64,000 bases of DNA from an uncultured Actinomycetes bacterium. Its GTDB lineage: Bacteria; Actinomycetota; Actinomycetes; Mycobacteriales; Mycobacteriaceae. The notes under the pieces were generated by a model that was not told the origin of the DNA, made no database searches, and was given only the letters and a program-made list of their open reading frames with translations. Positions within the stretch are counted from its first letter, which is position 1, and the number at the start of each line of letters is the position of its first letter. Both the position numbers and the translations under genes were made by a program. The DNA is taken from positions 4,259 through 68,258 of the forward strand of contig CAIRCP010000080.1 of the NCBI GenBank assembly GCA_903877095.1, written 5' to 3'. This document shows, in pieces, positions 62,801 to 64,000 of the stretch.

Positions 62801-63066
62801 TGCAGGCGGTAGTTCTCGGTGATCGCGTCCTGAGACTGCGGCGTGGTGACTTCCGCGTAGGCCTGCTGCAGGTACTGCTCGGGAACGTCAGGGTTCAGGC
62901 GCCGCAGCGCGGCTTCGGCACTGCCGCGCAGCACAATGTCATGCCAGCTCTCCCGCTCGCCGGAGCCGGGGGCCACCTCTTTGCCGGTTCTGTACTCCCA
63001 TTCGACCCGAGCGAGCTGGTCGAGAATCCATTGCTCCCAGGCAGATTCATTCAATACACCGGTCAC
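59857..63066 (-). CDS. hsdR: type I restriction endonuclease subunit R
   Basis: 1069 aa. N-terminal nuclease region (FDIVLYVNGFPLSIVELK), helicase motifs (HTQGSGKS, VIADEAHRSH), and a C-terminal DUF3387-like helical domain. The GTG start overlaps the upstream gene stop (GTGA). Confidence 0.92.
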   Translation of the reverse strand: MTGVLNESAWEQWILDQLARVEWEYRTGKEVAPGSGERESWHDIVLRGSAEAALRRLNPDVPEQYLQQAYAEVTTPQSQDAITENYRLHRILTEGYRGISYVDHDGREVNPIIRFMSADPAKNRYLAVNQLTVRNHEYQRRFDIVLYVNGFPLSIVELKQAGSRSAGAEAAYNQLQTYLLEFPMAFRFACFVLVTDGINAKYGTPFTPWNHFAPWNVDDDGRPLSYGELADDGKPATELDLTIDGVYNVERFGQLLRDFTAFDQDESGLRKRIAKPHQYFAVTKAVGSTVEAVDSDGRAGVVWHTQGSGKSMEMELYTAKVMRHPRLANPTVIVLTDRTELDSQLYDSFKISTLLPEQPQQVSSREQLREKLTDTRSGGIYFSTLQKFGLSKEEREAGADHPLLSKRRNIIVIADEAHRSHYDNLDGYAAHLKNALPHATLIAFTGTPISEGERDTRRVFGDDIDVYDLHRAVTDGATVPVLFEPRLIKLARVDGVDDEQIDDAAEEVMVGLDDADKERLQRSVAVLDTVYGSPERVRELAGDLVKHWETRRDLMRPFIGGAGKAMVVCATRNIAARLYEELIALRPDWHNDADDKGVVKVVYTATPGDSAAIKKHMRRPSANAAVKERVKNPTDELQIVIVKDMMLTGFDAPALHTLYVDRPLKGALLMQTLARVNRTYQGKQDGLLVAYSPLVESLTRALAEFTRDTAATGDKFVGQNVAETAAIICELLAKLHELVGEEWRDTVRADRKTGWHSATRDVTIKLRSPSTPGNLDPDDPAIRPLANRFRELSAKLARAWALAGGHADKDAELERVRPDVRFYEEVRGWMAKLDARDRLASGEPIPDDIKRLLGEIVVGSAETTGVLDIYRAAGLDLPQLDHLTPTWVEDAQKPSKAHLAIEALKASLLQQARESTRGNDVRSKLFSERINDLLTKYANQQLTAAEVIARLVELAEEVVAEADRGKQFTPPLATDELAFYDVVSQNPSAVDVMGDDVLAQIARDLVATMRRDTRVDWTVREDVKAKLRASIKRLLRKYGYPPDQQPAAIVAVMNQMESLAPRYAEESRT

Positions 63067-64000
63067 AGCACGTCTCCTTCGCCGACTGCTTCGTTGAGTT
63101 CGGCTTCGATTTCTTCAATGGTCGGCAGGCTGGATTGCAGCTCCGCCGGCAGGCTTTTGGTGATCGCGGTCTTCCATTCCGCGACGCCGATCGGCGCGCT
63201 ATAGCCGCGCAACGCGTACTCGGCGACGATGTTGCTCTTCGTCTTGCACAGCACCAGTCCGATGGTGGGTTTGTCGCCCTCATGGCGCAGCACGTCGTCA
63301 ACGGCGGCCATGTACAAGCCGAGCTGACCGAGATAGCTGGGATCGAAGTCGCCGGCCTTGAGTTCGATGACGACGAAACTGCGCAACCGCAGGTGGTAGA
63401 AGAGCAGGTCGGCGTAGAAGTCCTTGCCGCCGATCTCCAGGTGAACCTGTCGGCCGACAAACGCGAACCCCTGGCCCAGTTCCAGAAGGAACCTCTCGAC
63501 GTGGTCGGTCAGTGCGCGCTCCAGATCGTGTTCGCGACGGGTGTCGGCGATCCCCACGAAGTCGAACAGGTACGGGTCGCGAGTGGCCCGCTGGGCCAGG
63601 TCGGAATCCGGCGGCGGCAGGGTCTGGGCGAAGTTGGTGACTGCCTTGCCTTCCCGCTCATGGAACCGGGAGTCGATGTGATGGACCAGGACGTCGCGGC
63701 TCCACCCCTCGGCGAGTGCCGCTTCGGCGTACCATAGCCGCAGATCAGAGGCGTCCAGCTTCTCCAGCAGTGCGATGTGGTGGTACCACGGCAATTGTGC
63801 AAGCGGGGCTTGCACAATTGCCTCTTCGGGCCAGGTCTCGGCGAGAGAGCGCATGTATTTGAGGTTGCGCGGCGAGAATCCCTTGGTGCCGGGGAAGCGT
63901 TCGCGCAGGTCGGCTGCCAGCCGGTCGATGACGCGGGCGCCCCAGCCTTCGGCGGATTGACGAGCGCGGATCTCAGCGCCCACCTGCCAGTAGGTGCCGA
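63063..64000 (-). CDS. DUF1016/YhcG-type PD-(D/E)xK nuclease-domain protein (5' end beyond the window)
   Basis: ..GFSPRNLKYMRSLAETW..LPWYHHIALLEK.. followed by the PD-(D/E)xK core ADLLFYHLRLRSFVVIELK. The frame stays open upstream of the track start (..GTYWQVGAEIRA..) to the window edge. Confidence 0.85.
   Translation of the reverse strand, partial: GTYWQVGAEIRARQSAEGWGARVIDRLAADLRERFPGTKGFSPRNLKYMRSLAETWPEEAIVQAPLAQLPWYHHIALLEKLDASDLRLWYAEAALAEGWSRDVLVHHIDSRFHEREGKAVTNFAQTLPPPDSDLAQRATRDPYLFDFVGIADTRREHDLERALTDHVERFLLELGQGFAFVGRQVHLEIGGKDFYADLLFYHLRLRSFVVIELKAGDFDPSYLGQLGLYMAAVDDVLRHEGDKPTIGLVLCKTKSNIVAEYALRGYSAPIGVAEWKTAITKSLPAELQSSLPTIEEIEAELNEAVGEGDVL

Overview
High-GC actinobacterial chromosomal segment. 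Gene order and protein sequences look like a Mycobacterium. As far as I recall the M. tuberculosis map, the window is collinear in reverse orientation with the Rv1293 (lysA) to Rv1248c (kgd) region, interrupted by lineage-specific blocks. I can support about 57 protein-coding genes or gene remnants and one tRNA-Arg(CCG). I saw no rRNA, CRISPR array, IS element, transposase or integrase.

Core content:
- lysA-argS
- a long co-directional array: cysD-cysNC-cysQ-rrf2-TDT transporter-LLM oxidoreductase-lactate 2-monooxygenase-PNPOx
- canA, oppBCDA
- an SbcCD-like nuclease/ATPase pair
- two DUF3558 lipoproteins and two ABC exporter genes
- amidase, HIT, an F420-type (Ddn-like) reductase, OsmC, udgB, a Tap-like MFS pump
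- deaD and kgd

Accessory or unusual content:
1. A variable block next to the tRNA. It holds an unannotated 50-aa ORF, 16-bp tandem repeats, a membrane GAF-like protein, and an animal-type COMT divergent from an ICMT-like membrane methyltransferase.
2. A translationally coupled pair: a NAD_binding_4-type acyl reductase and a large protein whose C-terminal half resembles cyanobacterial acyl-ACP reductase. The second gene has no canonical start codon, only a CTGA overlap. A WS/DGAT gene lies nearby.
3. A phd/doc-type TA pair with a deviant Fic motif.
4. A type I restriction hsdR coupled to a DUF1016 PD-(D/E)xK gene at the window end, just after a duplicated kgd 3' end.
5. Four independently decayed genes: PNPOx frameshift, CoA-transferase internal deletion, Rv1264-like adenylate cyclase C-terminal deletion/frameshift, and a gutted DAACS symporter.

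I found no compelling, self-contained new system. The acyl-reductase/AAR-like module and the tRNA-adjacent block are the best leads. All homology statements come from reading the translations and from memory of family motifs, not from database searches.
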